Source: a virus
Lineage: Duplodnaviria; Caudoviricetes
IMG/VR virus record: IMGVR_UViG_2595698882_000001
Coordinates: 1 to 64,000 of that record
DNA: 64,000 nt
Reading direction: 5' to 3' (one strand)
The position numbers and the translations under genes were made by a program. The notes under the pieces are model-generated. The model searched no databases and had not been told where the DNA came from. It saw nothing but the letters and a program-made list of their open reading frames with translations. The number at the start of each line of letters is the position of its first letter. The first letter of the stretch is position 1. Shown one piece after another: positions 16,661-26,455 of the stretch.

Positions 16661-17592
16661 TTATTATCCTCCTCTTTCAGCCCGGTGCTTAATTTTCCCT
16701 TAATCGTAGGGTGTGCGTCATATCCAGTTAATATAATGTCGTCAAGGGTATAGTCTTCGATGTTCTCATGTACAGTCTTGACTTCTAGTTGTGGCATCTC
16801 TCTAGGTTCTCTCTCCATCTGACTCTTAAGTAGGTCTAGGTGGTTAACATAGATATGGGCGTCCCCTACCGAGTAGATGAGCTTCCCTACTTTCAATCCC
16901 GTCATCTTAGCAATGATGTGGGTTAGTAGTGCATAACTTGCTATGTTAAAAGGGGCACCTAAGAAAATATCATTTGATCTCATATATAACTTACAGCTCA
17001 AGGTACCGTTGACTACGTAGAACTGGAATAGGACATGACAAGGTGGTAGAGCCATGTACTCTAAGTCTCCTACGTTCCACGCAGATACAATGTGTCGGCG
17101 GCTGTCTGGGTTAGTTTTAATCTGTTTAATCACGTCCTGTAGCTGATCGTATTGCCGCTGGTATCCGAGGTCTCCCTCGATGTTAACTACACCACCCCAG
17201 CTGCGCCATTGACGACCGTAAATCGGTCCTAGTTTAAATCCTGTAAGCTTCGTCATTTCTACAAATCTTTCTTTAGTAAGAGGTTCTCCAGAATCCTCTT
17301 TATTATGGTTATCTAAATAGTATCTATAAGCATCGTCTGTCCAGATGTTGATGTTTTTGTCCAGCAGCGTCTTTAGGTCCGTATCTCCTTTGATGAACCA
17401 GAAAAGCTCCTCGGCAATGATCCTAAAAGGAAGTTTCTTCGTTGTCAGCAGAGGGAAACCTTTAGATAAGTCAAACTCCATTTGCGGACCAAACAAGCTT
17501 AGTGTACCAGTACCTGTACGATCATCCTTAAAGGTTCCTTCGTCCATAATTTTTTTAACTAAATTAAAATACTCTGTGTCTACGTGGTACAT
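16657..17592 (-). CDS. thyA: thymidylate synthase
   Basis: DRTGTGT, FPLLTTKK, MALPPCH, RSND.FLG.PFN. Confidence 0.97.
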   Translation of the reverse strand: MYHVDTEYFNLVKKIMDEGTFKDDRTGTGTLSLFGPQMEFDLSKGFPLLTTKKLPFRIIAEELFWFIKGDTDLKTLLDKNINIWTDDAYRYYLDNHNKEDSGEPLTKERFVEMTKLTGFKLGPIYGRQWRSWGGVVNIEGDLGYQRQYDQLQDVIKQIKTNPDSRRHIVSAWNVGDLEYMALPPCHVLFQFYVVNGTLSCKLYMRSNDIFLGAPFNIASYALLTHIIAKMTGLKVGKLIYSVGDAHIYVNHLDLLKSQMEREPREMPQLEVKTVHENIEDYTLDDIILTGYDAHPTIKGKLSTGLKEEDNK

Positions 17593-17593
17593 A

Positions 17594-18334
17594 TTAGTTC
17601 CCCCTCTTAAGTTCTCTTCTAATATTTTTCTCTACGTATACCCTAACAAGGTCTTGAACTTCTTGTGCTGTATCCGTGTCTACTTTCTGTTTTCGGTAGT
17701 CGTCCCCTAGCTCGTTGATATCTCCATCTAACCCATCCAGATGCTCTACATAGTCTCTTAGAGTTAAAAAATCAGCTTTACCCGATTTCAAACCTACTAA
17801 TGTCTCCTGAGCAATGGTTCCAGAATCGTACCACAGTGCCGCTTCGTAGTTGTTAAACCCTGATTTATGGAACTTAAGCAGAAGGTTAGCAATACGCATC
17901 GCTGAAGCGATATGCTTGCCAGTTTCTTTATAATCTAATTCCTTATTGAACAACGCTACCTCTGCTTTAGCATGCTGCTGTCGGAACATTCCTCGACACG
18001 CATTATAAAAATTCGGTAAATTTAGTGTAGTGATCTGGGATTTCATAGCTAGCAGCTGACCGTACAGACCGTCTTTCTGATATGTTCTTACGGAGAAAAG
18101 TGTTTCGATAAAATTCGGGCTGCCCTTACACAGGTAATCTGCCAGTTTTCTAACATCGTGAATCGCTACATCCTCCTGTTTAGAGGTGGATACCCCCTTA
18201 ATTTGAACACCGTTATACAGGTCATCAAAAGTAGGAAATACAAAGTGCAGCTGATCTACGTCTGAGTCCGGGGTAGCTAGATTGTAGTTATACGATCCAA
18301 CAACTGCCTTAAAGCTTAATTTACGGTCATCCAT
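17594..18334 (-). CDS. DNA polymerase beta-superfamily nucleotidyltransferase (RlaP-like)
   Basis: GSYNYNLATPDSDVD motif, K.SPNFIE.LF. Confidence 0.8.
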   Translation of the reverse strand: MDDRKLSFKAVVGSYNYNLATPDSDVDQLHFVFPTFDDLYNGVQIKGVSTSKQEDVAIHDVRKLADYLCKGSPNFIETLFSVRTYQKDGLYGQLLAMKSQITTLNLPNFYNACRGMFRQQHAKAEVALFNKELDYKETGKHIASAMRIANLLLKFHKSGFNNYEAALWYDSGTIAQETLVGLKSGKADFLTLRDYVEHLDGLDGDINELGDDYRKQKVDTDTAQEVQDLVRVYVEKNIRRELKRGN

Positions 18335-18397
18335 TTAGTTCCTCTCCTTTTTTTTTGCAAGTTTATGTTTAGTTTATCTATCTAGCGGGTAAGGTCC

Positions 18398-18604
18398 TTA
18401 TAAGTAACTTAGAAACAGCTGCACACTTAGCATACCATCATAAACAGCTACTCCAGCGTAGACCAAGAACATCAGCCCTAAGTAAATGTCTATACTGTAT
18501 CTAAACAAGTAGTAATCGTAGAAGCATTTCATACCTCCACAGATACAAAAAGCTACCCATAAAAGATGTATAATCCATAGTATAGTGAAGCCTATATAAA
18601 GCAT
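18398..18604 (-). CDS. small membrane protein
   Basis: AAGGAGG RBS; two TM segments; promoter TTGACA-17-TATACT upstream. Confidence 0.75.
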   Translation of the reverse strand: MLYIGFTILWIIHLLWVAFCICGGMKCFYDYYLFRYSIDIYLGLMFLVYAGVAVYDGMLSVQLFLSYL

Positions 18605-18693
18605 TCAAACCTCCTTACCACCAGCCTGTAACATCAGTATATGCTGGCTATAACATATTGTCAATATATTTGTCGATAATTTTTAAGCATATT

Positions 18694-19269
18694 TTAAAAT
18701 ACCAGAGGATATTTGTCTCTATTCCGGTATAATTTTTCATAACAAGCCTCTATAACTCGTGCATCGTATAGGGCGTTATGGCGATCTCCACTAATTGGAG
18801 TGTCAATAAAGGACTCCCGGTTAATGTCTGGGTCTATACCATGGATTTTAAACAAAGTGGCGATATCCCCATAGTACATGCAAACGTTATCAGGTAAGTT
18901 TAAAGCTCCACCAAGCAAGTCATTTAAAAGGATCGCATCGTAATACAGCGTGTCTCCCCAAAATTCTACCTTGTCAAACTGAGCAACCCAGCCACGAACA
19001 ACTCTGGATAGGAATGAGGATGACCCTCTAGCAACTGTGGCATCTCCTACTTCATGGCTGAATGTCTCTCCAAGATGGGGAGCAAGCGTAAAGTGTAGGA
19101 CAAGATGCTGTATTACATTCTGTTTGATCCAGTCGTCTACTTGAGATTGGTCGTAGTCTGTAAACTCACAGTACAATGTCTTCCCATCATCAGCCGCCAT
19201 ACCTAAACTAATAGGTGTGGTCCCTCTATTTAACCCCGTGAACTCAAGATCGAAGAAAACTTTTGTCAT
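18694..19269 (-). CDS. DEDDh 3'-5' exo(ribo)nuclease (Rv2179c-like)
   Basis: FFDLEFTGL...ISLG...YYD...HNALYDA. Confidence 0.85.
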   Translation of the reverse strand: MTKVFFDLEFTGLNRGTTPISLGMAADDGKTLYCEFTDYDQSQVDDWIKQNVIQHLVLHFTLAPHLGETFSHEVGDATVARGSSSFLSRVVRGWVAQFDKVEFWGDTLYYDAILLNDLLGGALNLPDNVCMYYGDIATLFKIHGIDPDINRESFIDTPISGDRHNALYDARVIEACYEKLYRNRDKYPLVF

Positions 19270-19340
19270 CTATAACTCCTCCTGTATTTTTAATGTATTA
19301 TACACAAAAGAAGCAGCCAATGAGCTTGACTGCTTAACTT

Positions 19341-19946
19341 TTAGTTCTTCTTGTTAGACATAATGCGACTCCACTCACGAGCTACCTCAGCATCTGACAT
19401 CTCTTCGATGTCAAACTTACTGTTGGAAGGTAAGTGCTCAAGATAGAACCGAATCAAGTCTAAGTCACTAAGGGAATAGTCCTGCTTAGCCCCTAAGTCA
19501 TTCTCAATCGCAATAAGCAGATCATTGATCTCATATGTAAACAGCTCATCTACGCTTCTAACCCGCATGAGTAGGTCTTCTCCTGTAGGCGCCTCCTGCT
19601 CTTCCTTTAGCTTTAATGCAGCTGTGACCATACGATTGAGGTTCTCTGGACTATCGTTACCGTAAATCATTTCTAATCGGGCTCCTACATAGTCAGTGAT
19701 CGGCTCCCCTTCAAATAGCCCGTCTACTGAAGGTAGTGTTGTTGTTTCTAAATCTAGATTAGGGTCCTTCTCTTCTACAGCAGCTAGAAGTTCATCTGCG
19801 CTCTGTTTCATTTTTTGAACTTTCTTAATAAACTCATCGTCCGTAACTGTGAGCTGAAAAGACTCTGTATTAAGGCAATCTGATACCTCCTCTGCGGCAA
19901 CCTGTGCCCAGAAGAATAGCTCTAGTGTTTTTCGATCTAATTTCAT
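19341..19946 (-). CDS. hypothetical protein
   Basis: AGGAGG RBS, 201 aa. Confidence 0.8.
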   Translation of the reverse strand: MKLDRKTLELFFWAQVAAEEVSDCLNTESFQLTVTDDEFIKKVQKMKQSADELLAAVEEKDPNLDLETTTLPSVDGLFEGEPITDYVGARLEMIYGNDSPENLNRMVTAALKLKEEQEAPTGEDLLMRVRSVDELFTYEINDLLIAIENDLGAKQDYSLSDLDLIRFYLEHLPSNSKFDIEEMSDAEVAREWSRIMSNKKN

Positions 19947-19966
19947 ATGTTTTCCTCCTAATTTGT

Positions 19967-20665
19967 CTAGTACATCCCGATCTCGTCACTGAATGAGCTA
20001 AATTTACCTCGGTAGTTTGTTGTCAATTCAGCGAACTCGATCTCTGTAAAAATTCCGGTCTCTTTTCCTCGCTTAAAGTGATGAATAAAAGCAGAGAATC
20101 CAGAGTTCCCTTTAGAAATATCTATCTGACCGTTGTGACCTGCTAAACCTACGTAGCAGCTGTCTTTAATCCGGGTCAATGTCTTTCTGATCTCGTCTAC
20201 GGTACCATTCTGTGCTTCGTCAATAATAATCCCAACCCGGTCCATCGTTCTTCCACGTAAGAACGTATGTGGCATAACTTTGTAGTCACCGCCGATAAAC
20301 TCATCACACATCATCTCTAAATCAATGGTCTGCGGGTTCTCCCCCGCTTCTACTAGCGCCTGTCGAAAAGGGACAGCATACTCTTTGATCTTTTCAGAAA
20401 CACCGCCCGGCAAAAACCCTAAAGATTTTTCCTGTACCGGGAATACCACATAATAAATCGCATCTATATACCCTTTATCCTTGAGGACTTTCATAGCCTG
20501 TGTGAGTACAGTTGTTTTACCTGATCCCGCTACAGAGTCAACAATAACCCTTTGGGACTTGAAAAGCTTGATCACCATATCTTCCTGTTCACGGTCCAAA
20601 TTCTTAATCAATGGAAAATCTTTTTTGGTCAGCTTACTGAGGTCTAACGATTCTTTATGTGTCAT
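19967..20665 (-). CDS. phoH: PhoH-family ATPase
   Basis: AGSGKT, LGFLPG, FLRGRT, IIDEAQN, QID motifs. Confidence 0.93.
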   Translation of the reverse strand: MTHKESLDLSKLTKKDFPLIKNLDREQEDMVIKLFKSQRVIVDSVAGSGKTTVLTQAMKVLKDKGYIDAIYYVVFPVQEKSLGFLPGGVSEKIKEYAVPFRQALVEAGENPQTIDLEMMCDEFIGGDYKVMPHTFLRGRTMDRVGIIIDEAQNGTVDEIRKTLTRIKDSCYVGLAGHNGQIDISKGNSGFSAFIHHFKRGKETGIFTEIEFAELTTNYRGKFSSFSDEIGMY

Positions 20666-20728
20666 TTAGTGGCTGCTCCTTTATCCAGAATAGTACCTTT
20701 CTTATCTCTATTATACTATATACGGGTC

Positions 20729-20929
20729 CTAGCGATTGCTCTCAAGCCGAGTAGCCTGTATCATGGCTGCCTTTCTTTCCTTCTTAGTCAAGTCCTTATC
20801 TAAGACGTGTTCAAACACGTCTACAAAGCGTGTATACGCCATAGGTGTAAGACCTTCTTCCCGAACGTAGTTACAGTACCCGCCATAAGAATTTTGAAAA
20901 TGCTCTCTAGCTTCTTTCCTCCATCCCAA
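20729..20929 (-). CDS. hypothetical protein
   Basis: TTG start, AAGGGAGGGG RBS, upstream TTGACA promoter. Confidence 0.7.
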   Translation of the reverse strand: MGWRKEAREHFQNSYGGYCNYVREEGLTPMAYTRFVDVFEHVLDKDLTKKERKAAMIQATRLESNR

Positions 20930-21000
20930 TCTAACCCCTCCCTTTTTGTATCTTACCTATATTTTATAGTATAGGATATAGGGTGTCAATAGGGTATACA

Positions 21001-21033
21001 AAAAAAAAAGACCTGCGTTGTGCAGGTCCTTTT
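21001..21033. terminator. intrinsic terminator after the endolysin
   Basis: GACCTGC/GCAGGTC stem flanked by A/T runs. Confidence 0.75.
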
Positions 21034-21034
21034 A

Positions 21035-22141
21035 TTAATGTCCTCTAAGCTTCTTAAGGAGCTGGGTATTCTGAGAGGCTGTACCTTCGTAGTTCTTGAT
21101 TCCCTTAGCCGCAGCTAGTTTAGCACGGTTTTTAAAATCAGAAGCCTCACCAATAGACTTAAGATAGTCTACTAGGCTTGTTGTCTTCTGATCCCCTTTG
21201 GCTTTCTTCGGTGCGGAAGTAGAGCCTCCGCCACGCAGTTTCTTAAGCAACTCAAGGTTCTGAGACTCTGTTCCTTTGTAACCTTTAATGCCATTTGCAG
21301 CTGCCAACTTAGAGCGGTTTGAGAAGCTTGAGTCAACTCCGATAGAGTTTAAATACTCCACAATACTGTTAGTTTTTTGATCTCCCTTTGGCTTAGAGGT
21401 GCTAGGCTTAGAGCTCGTTTTCTTATACTCTGCTTTTAACTTCTCCAGAAGACTTGTATTCTGGGAAGCGGTACCTTCGTAGCCTTTAATACCGTACTTA
21501 TCAGCATACTTTTTACGAGTAGAGAAGCTAGAGTCTAACCCAACAGAGCTCATGAAGTCTACGATGCTGTTAGTATTAAAGTCCGGTGAGCCTGAAGACT
21601 TGGATGGTGTAGACTTCGCTGGAGTTGGTTTTGCAGGCTCAGTAACCACAGAAGCTTTTCCATCAAGCATCTTCAAGAAGTCGTTCCAAGTAATACCCTT
21701 GGCTCCGCTACGTAAGTTATGTGGACAATCTTTCCACCCACTAGCCTCACGGTGAGTAATAACGTGGGATTTAGGAATGCCATATTTCTGCATTAGAGAC
21801 TTTGTAAGCTCAGCAGCGTTTTTAACAGCTTTCTTGAAATCTCCGTCCGAGTTTACACAGATTTCAATACCAATAGAATTGCTATTATATGATCCACCGC
21901 TGTGCCAGCATTTAACATTGTCCGGGAAAGACTGGACTGCTTCGTTTTCGTCTACAGTATAGTGCCAAGAAGCGCTTCGAGAGTTACCGTTCTTTTGCAG
22001 CTTAGCGTGACTGGCTGCATTAGCCCCTTTTGAAGTGTTAGCTGTCTCATGGATTACGATGTACGTTTTAGGATTGCCATACCCATAAGAGGCATTCTCG
22101 ATAACACCTTCAGAAACGAGGTCTTTTCTAACTTTTACCAT
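21035..22141 (-). CDS. endolysin, N-acetylmuramoyl-L-alanine amidase (Amidase_2) with three C-terminal cell-wall-binding repeats
   Basis: IVIHETAN, SWHYTVD, WH.G, SIGIEIC, K.CP; three repeats of S.V..L.S.G..S.F..R......GI..Y.GT..QN..LL.KL. Confidence 0.93.
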   Translation of the reverse strand: MVKVRKDLVSEGVIENASYGYGNPKTYIVIHETANTSKGANAASHAKLQKNGNSRSASWHYTVDENEAVQSFPDNVKCWHSGGSYNSNSIGIEICVNSDGDFKKAVKNAAELTKSLMQKYGIPKSHVITHREASGWKDCPHNLRSGAKGITWNDFLKMLDGKASVVTEPAKPTPAKSTPSKSSGSPDFNTNSIVDFMSSVGLDSSFSTRKKYADKYGIKGYEGTASQNTSLLEKLKAEYKKTSSKPSTSKPKGDQKTNSIVEYLNSIGVDSSFSNRSKLAAANGIKGYKGTESQNLELLKKLRGGGSTSAPKKAKGDQKTTSLVDYLKSIGEASDFKNRAKLAAAKGIKNYEGTASQNTQLLKKLRGH

Positions 22142-22197
22142 ATGTATCTACCTCCGTTTATTTTGTCCTTCTTAATATAAAGGTTGGTCCAAAATTC

Positions 22198-22521
22198 TTA
22201 ACTTTCTTGGAGGCGGTTTTCTAAGTATGTAATGATTGACGCAAAGTCTGTAGAAGCATTAAAATAAAACTCAAACTCAACACCCTCTACCCCAACTATT
22301 TTGGTTTTACGAGCCATTACCGGGCATCCCCACTCAGTATGTTTATTAATTGTTCTCGCTGCCTTAATGAACTGCTCAGTATCCATAACCGGGTCCTGAA
22401 GGGATTCAGCAGGGATGAAGGAAACATGGGAGGTTTCCACACTCCCTACTGTCTCCCTCTTGCTGTAGAGTTTAAAAGCCTCTAACAGACCTTTTAACAG
22501 AGTGGGTCTATTCTCACTCAC
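22198..22521 (-). CDS. conserved hypothetical protein
   Basis: GTG start overlapping the end of the upstream gene. Confidence 0.65.
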   Translation of the reverse strand: MSENRPTLLKGLLEAFKLYSKRETVGSVETSHVSFIPAESLQDPVMDTEQFIKAARTINKHTEWGCPVMARKTKIVGVEGVEFEFYFNASTDFASIITYLENRLQES

Positions 22522-23338
22522 CTTGATCTTCTCCCTCAGCTTTCGGGAACGCCTTTTTCTCCCAAGCTTCATAATTATCCTTTTTGATGAAGGAGAAGTT
22601 GAAGCGGATTTCCCCACCTTCGATACCTGAGTTAATAGGAGATACTCCTGTTGGAGGGTTACCCGTACCATCATCAGTAATGATCACAACGTCTTCACCT
22701 AGATCGAGGACTTTCCCAAGCGCTGCTCGTTTAGCAAAACGGCTACTTAACTCCACCATATCAATACCATAAGCTACGCCTTTTCTAAAAATCTCTGCGT
22801 GAACATTTTTTGCTTCTTCAGAGAAACTAACAACGCTGACAAAGTTCAAATGTTCTGTTTCATCTGGAGACTTTGCAATGAAGAACTTGTATTGATTATA
22901 CGTAAACTTAGCCAAGTCTGTTAAAAGGTCCAAAATCTCCTCGTATTCTTCATCAGTAGCCTTACGGGTAATCAACGATGTTAAATTAGGTGCTTTTTTC
23001 ATTCCGCTGAGCTGCTGCTTTAAAGCCTCTCCCGGGGTGGTCGGGAGTTTTAGGTTAGGATATAACATCTCCTCAACTGAGAAGTCACGTTCTAATACAG
23101 GTTCGAACTCCTCATTCTTCCCCATTTCTGAACTTCTTGTGTTCTTGTATGCTCCTTTATCCATTTCAATTTCCTCCTTATGTATTAAATCTTTTATTTC
23201 ATCAATGACATGTTTGACAACTTGTTTATAGGGATCGTGCCTTTTTCTTTGCTTAACAGCAGATAGAAACCCTAATCCTAAGATAAGGGTATAACATATA
23301 GCTGCTATAACTATTATAACACAAGTGGTGTTATTCAC
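22514..23338 (-). CDS. conserved protein with N-terminal TM; strong internal in-frame start at 23164
   Basis: GTG at 23338 overlaps the end of the upstream gene; AAGGAGG RBS before the ATG at 23164. Confidence 0.7.
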   Translation of the reverse strand: MNNTTCVIIVIAAICYTLILGLGFLSAVKQRKRHDPYKQVVKHVIDEIKDLIHKEEIEMDKGAYKNTRSSEMGKNEEFEPVLERDFSVEEMLYPNLKLPTTPGEALKQQLSGMKKAPNLTSLITRKATDEEYEEILDLLTDLAKFTYNQYKFFIAKSPDETEHLNFVSVVSFSEEAKNVHAEIFRKGVAYGIDMVELSSRFAKRAALGKVLDLGEDVVIITDDGTGNPPTGVSPINSGIEGGEIRFNFSFIKKDNYEAWEKKAFPKAEGEDQGE

Positions 23339-24194
23339 CGCCCTTACTGCCTTTCCCATTAAACTCAGGTAAGCTCTCATAAGATACAGTCCAATAATCT
23401 CCATGCTGCTCCAATCCGAACTGAGCGTATACCGGGCGAGCCTGAACGTGGTCTTCGGCTTTAACACCCTTTTTAATCTCTGTGGCGAGCTTTACTAGCT
23501 CACTGAATCCTCGGGTAGCTACACCATTAAGCTGTCCGTTGCTGCGGTAGAAATCCATCTTCAAGTAATCATCCTCAACTGAGTAGCCGATAAGCCCTTC
23601 AAGCTCGCCAGATTCTCCTTTAAGCTCTAGGTAATACTGTGAGGTCTCTTGAAACGGTTTGTCTCCATGAGGTAAGCTCACAGATTTAAGCATAGCAACA
23701 TATTTGGTATCTAAGTTTTTGTCCTTGCCTTTCAGCAGCCCTTTTAGTTCCCGGGCATGTCGTCTTTGAGTCTCTTTTTCTGTAGTGTCTGCTTTAGGTT
23801 CTTCGCTTTTATGTATACTCTCGTAAATAGTGATCTCTAACTCTTTACCATTTCTCATGACTTTTCGATTTACGGGTACAACTTGAGAGGCTTTAGACTT
23901 CTCTAAGTCCTCTGGCATAATGTCACATGAACGGGCATACAAGTACATGTCATACATAGACTCAAACCCATACAGGTTCAAGAAACCTCTAAATGTCTTA
24001 GACAGCTGCTCGTTTCGTTCGATAACGTCTTCTAAGCCACGAACCTTAGTGATATGCTTAAGATAATGAGTTGTAATCATTGCATCCTGTATATCTTCTT
24101 CGGAATCTTTAATACCTTTGTTCGCTACTTCTAACATCTTCTTCGTCAGTTCTTCCATTTTTTCGGGTGATATTTTTCTTTTTGAAAATTCCAT
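23331..24194 (-). CDS. conserved putative virion protein downstream of the terminase
   Basis: Herelleviridae synteny; V.RNGK motif; LEKS/IHKS candidate cleavage sites. Confidence 0.7.
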   Translation of the reverse strand: MEFSKRKISPEKMEELTKKMLEVANKGIKDSEEDIQDAMITTHYLKHITKVRGLEDVIERNEQLSKTFRGFLNLYGFESMYDMYLYARSCDIMPEDLEKSKASQVVPVNRKVMRNGKELEITIYESIHKSEEPKADTTEKETQRRHARELKGLLKGKDKNLDTKYVAMLKSVSLPHGDKPFQETSQYYLELKGESGELEGLIGYSVEDDYLKMDFYRSNGQLNGVATRGFSELVKLATEIKKGVKAEDHVQARPVYAQFGLEQHGDYWTVSYESLPEFNGKGSKGGE

Positions 24195-24215
24195 ACAGTA
24201 ACCTCCTTTGGAGTC

Positions 24216-24244
24216 AGTATAACATAAGTCTGTAACTATGTCAA
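24216..24244 (-). promoter_or_regulatory. sigmaA-type promoter with AGTTACAG spacer motif
   Basis: TTGACAtagttacag...TGtTATACT; 16 bp identical to the DHFR promoter. Confidence 0.75.
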
Positions 24245-24280
24245 TAAAATAGAGGAGGATTATACCCTCCTCTTTATGTA

Positions 24281-24919
24281 TTAATATCCCCTACCGAAGA
24301 TATCGGTAGCCTGTGGTACTAAGTTCTGTACAGTAGTATAGTTGAATGCATTCTCTACAGTACCTGTTATATACGGTTCAAGAATATACTCCATACCCAC
24401 CATAGAGTACACGGAGGACTGAGCATAGTGATCATCGCCCTTGTTCGTAATGATCTGGTAGATTGCCTCGGTCTTCTCATCCTCTTCATCTCGGATAACT
24501 ACGTTCTTCCAATGGGAGAGGTAAAGGTCTAAGTCCCGGTTGCGGCGGAAGAATCCTAAACGACCCATCTTCATATCAGCGATGTGCTTCTTATTCTGGG
24601 TGAGCTTATCTACTGTAACCATGTTACGCTGCTCAGACCATTGAGGCTGAATTTGACCATTTGAACGAGGGTTCGGGTTAACTTTTACCCCGTATACTAC
24701 GCCAGAGCCAAAATGAGCAATGAGCTTATCTACATAGTTACCAGAATCCCCGATATCTGCACAAATAATGTTTGGTTGGTACGGAGTAATCTGATTGATG
24801 ATGGTCTCTAGGTCTGCCTCGATATTGGCAACACCTCGGGCACGCTCTACAGAGAATACTCGAATAATGTCGATCATGCCGTTATCCCGGAATCCACGTA
24901 TGGTGACCCAATGTCTATT
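24281..24919 (-). CDS. terL: terminase large subunit, exon 2 (nuclease domain)
   Basis: Frame resumes NRHWVTIRG...ICADIG...DDHYAQ after the intron. Confidence 0.9.
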   Translation of the reverse strand, partial: NRHWVTIRGFRDNGMIDIIRVFSVERARGVANIEADLETIINQITPYQPNIICADIGDSGNYVDKLIAHFGSGVVYGVKVNPNPRSNGQIQPQWSEQRNMVTVDKLTQNKKHIADMKMGRLGFFRRNRDLDLYLSHWKNVVIRDEEDEKTEAIYQIITNKGDDHYAQSSVYSMVGMEYILEPYITGTVENAFNYTTVQNLVPQATDIFGRGY

Positions 24920-25296
24920 CGTTAATACCGCCTCTTTCGAGGTACTTTAACACTGCTCTAGGCAGTCGGACTAGACTATATCTTAACCCTACGTTTTGGT
25001 GTAGGGTTCCCTGTATTACGGTCTACAATTACACGGTTATCTCATCGTAAACCTCTTATCCGGTTCTAGCCCTACCCATTTGTAGGGTTACCCGGAAGTT
25101 TAGTCGTTGAACCTTCCTCTACTTGAGAGGCTTGGCTGCGGATTACCCTATCCTTAACCTTTTTACTATACCGTTGTGATTAGCAACGCCCATATCTATG
25201 TCACCATGATATGTTAGTAGCTAAGGCTCTAAGGGATTCCCCGCAATTAACAGGGTTTATTCACTAATCATTACTGATTAGGGGGGCAGATATTTT
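24920..25296 (-). mobile_element. group I self-splicing intron, 377 nt, no ORF
   Basis: P AATTGCGGGGAA, Q AATCCGCAGC, R GTTCAACGACTA and S AAGATATAGTCT elements; P1 GGGGU/GCCCC with U-G at the splice site; terminal G; splicing restores GIDWG-NRHW. Confidence 0.93.
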
Positions 25297-26454
25297 ACCC
25301 CAGTCAATACCTACAGAAATAAATCTGTAGTTTCCTCTGTTCATCAACGGCTCAGGTAAGTCTTCCCTGATATTTTTGTATACATCATCATCTTGTACCG
25401 CTAACGCTACGTCTTGATATGGGTGACCTAAAACGTAGTTGTAAAAATGCTGCTTAGACTTAGCTTTTAACTCCTTACGTTTTAGTTCATCCGCGCTAAT
25501 CCAGACTGCGTTCATCTGAGTAATCAAGTAACCTCGTGTACCTCCTCCGTCTTCTGTACGAGAAGGATGTTTAGCAACCCACTCTCCGTTATACCATCTA
25601 TCTAGCGGTTTACCACAGTTTTGACAGATGAATCGGAATGTTCCTTCTTTAACTGTCTTAGCTCGTACATCTACCCCATCCTCATCTAGACATTCAATGT
25701 TTTTCTCGTAGTCTAGCTGCTGCCTAAGACCACATCGGTCGCATTTGTGCATATACACTCGTTGGTCAGATTGATTGAACAGGGCATGTATGCCGTAGTC
25801 TGGAACTGTAGGGGTTGACCATCTACGTACTACCCCAAAGCTAGAGGACGACATAGACTCCATTGCGGAAATTTCCGCACTAGCAGATACACGGTCGTAC
25901 TCGTCTAAAGAAAGGTAGTCAATATCTACCCCCTCCACAGACGCCCCTTTAGAAGCAGACCGGAAAATAAGGAAACTATTTCTTATTTTCTTTTTCTTGA
26001 GGGAGTTTACATTAGTATCTAGGATAGAAGCATAGTAACCTTCGTTTAAAACTGGGTCTAAACGAGTTGCTACAAATTCTTCCATCTGCCTGTTCGTAGG
26101 GAATGTGTACAGACATTTTACCCCAGCATAGCTGTTTACGTCAGCAAAGTGCAGCATCTCTGCTACCCCTATCTCGGATAAACCAAGCTGACGTGATTTA
26201 ATGACAATCTTGTCCTTGTGCTGATCGTTGATGATATCCACTTGCCAAGGTCTATGTGATTGGGCTTTTGTAGAGTCTTGACCACTTATGTGGAAAGTGA
26301 TAGGGTGGTTCTTTACTTTATGGTGCTTTAACAGGTAGGAAGAGGGGTGGAGCATGGTAAGCACGTACACCAGCTCTTCCTTAGTTAAGTCTGTCCGACC
26401 GAAGGTCTGTTTTGCTACATTACTTATCATTTTTCCATCAATATTGTCCAGCAT
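25297..26454 (-). CDS. terL: terminase large subunit, exon 1 (ATPase domain)
   Basis: KSRQLGLSE Walker A, LDEYD Walker B, STPT; the spliced product is 598 aa. Confidence 0.93.
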
Positions 26455-26455
26455 G

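Noticed and set aside
24281-26454. Terminase as a pseudogene or two separate genes
   Set aside because: The gap has all the group I intron hallmarks and splicing restores the frame.
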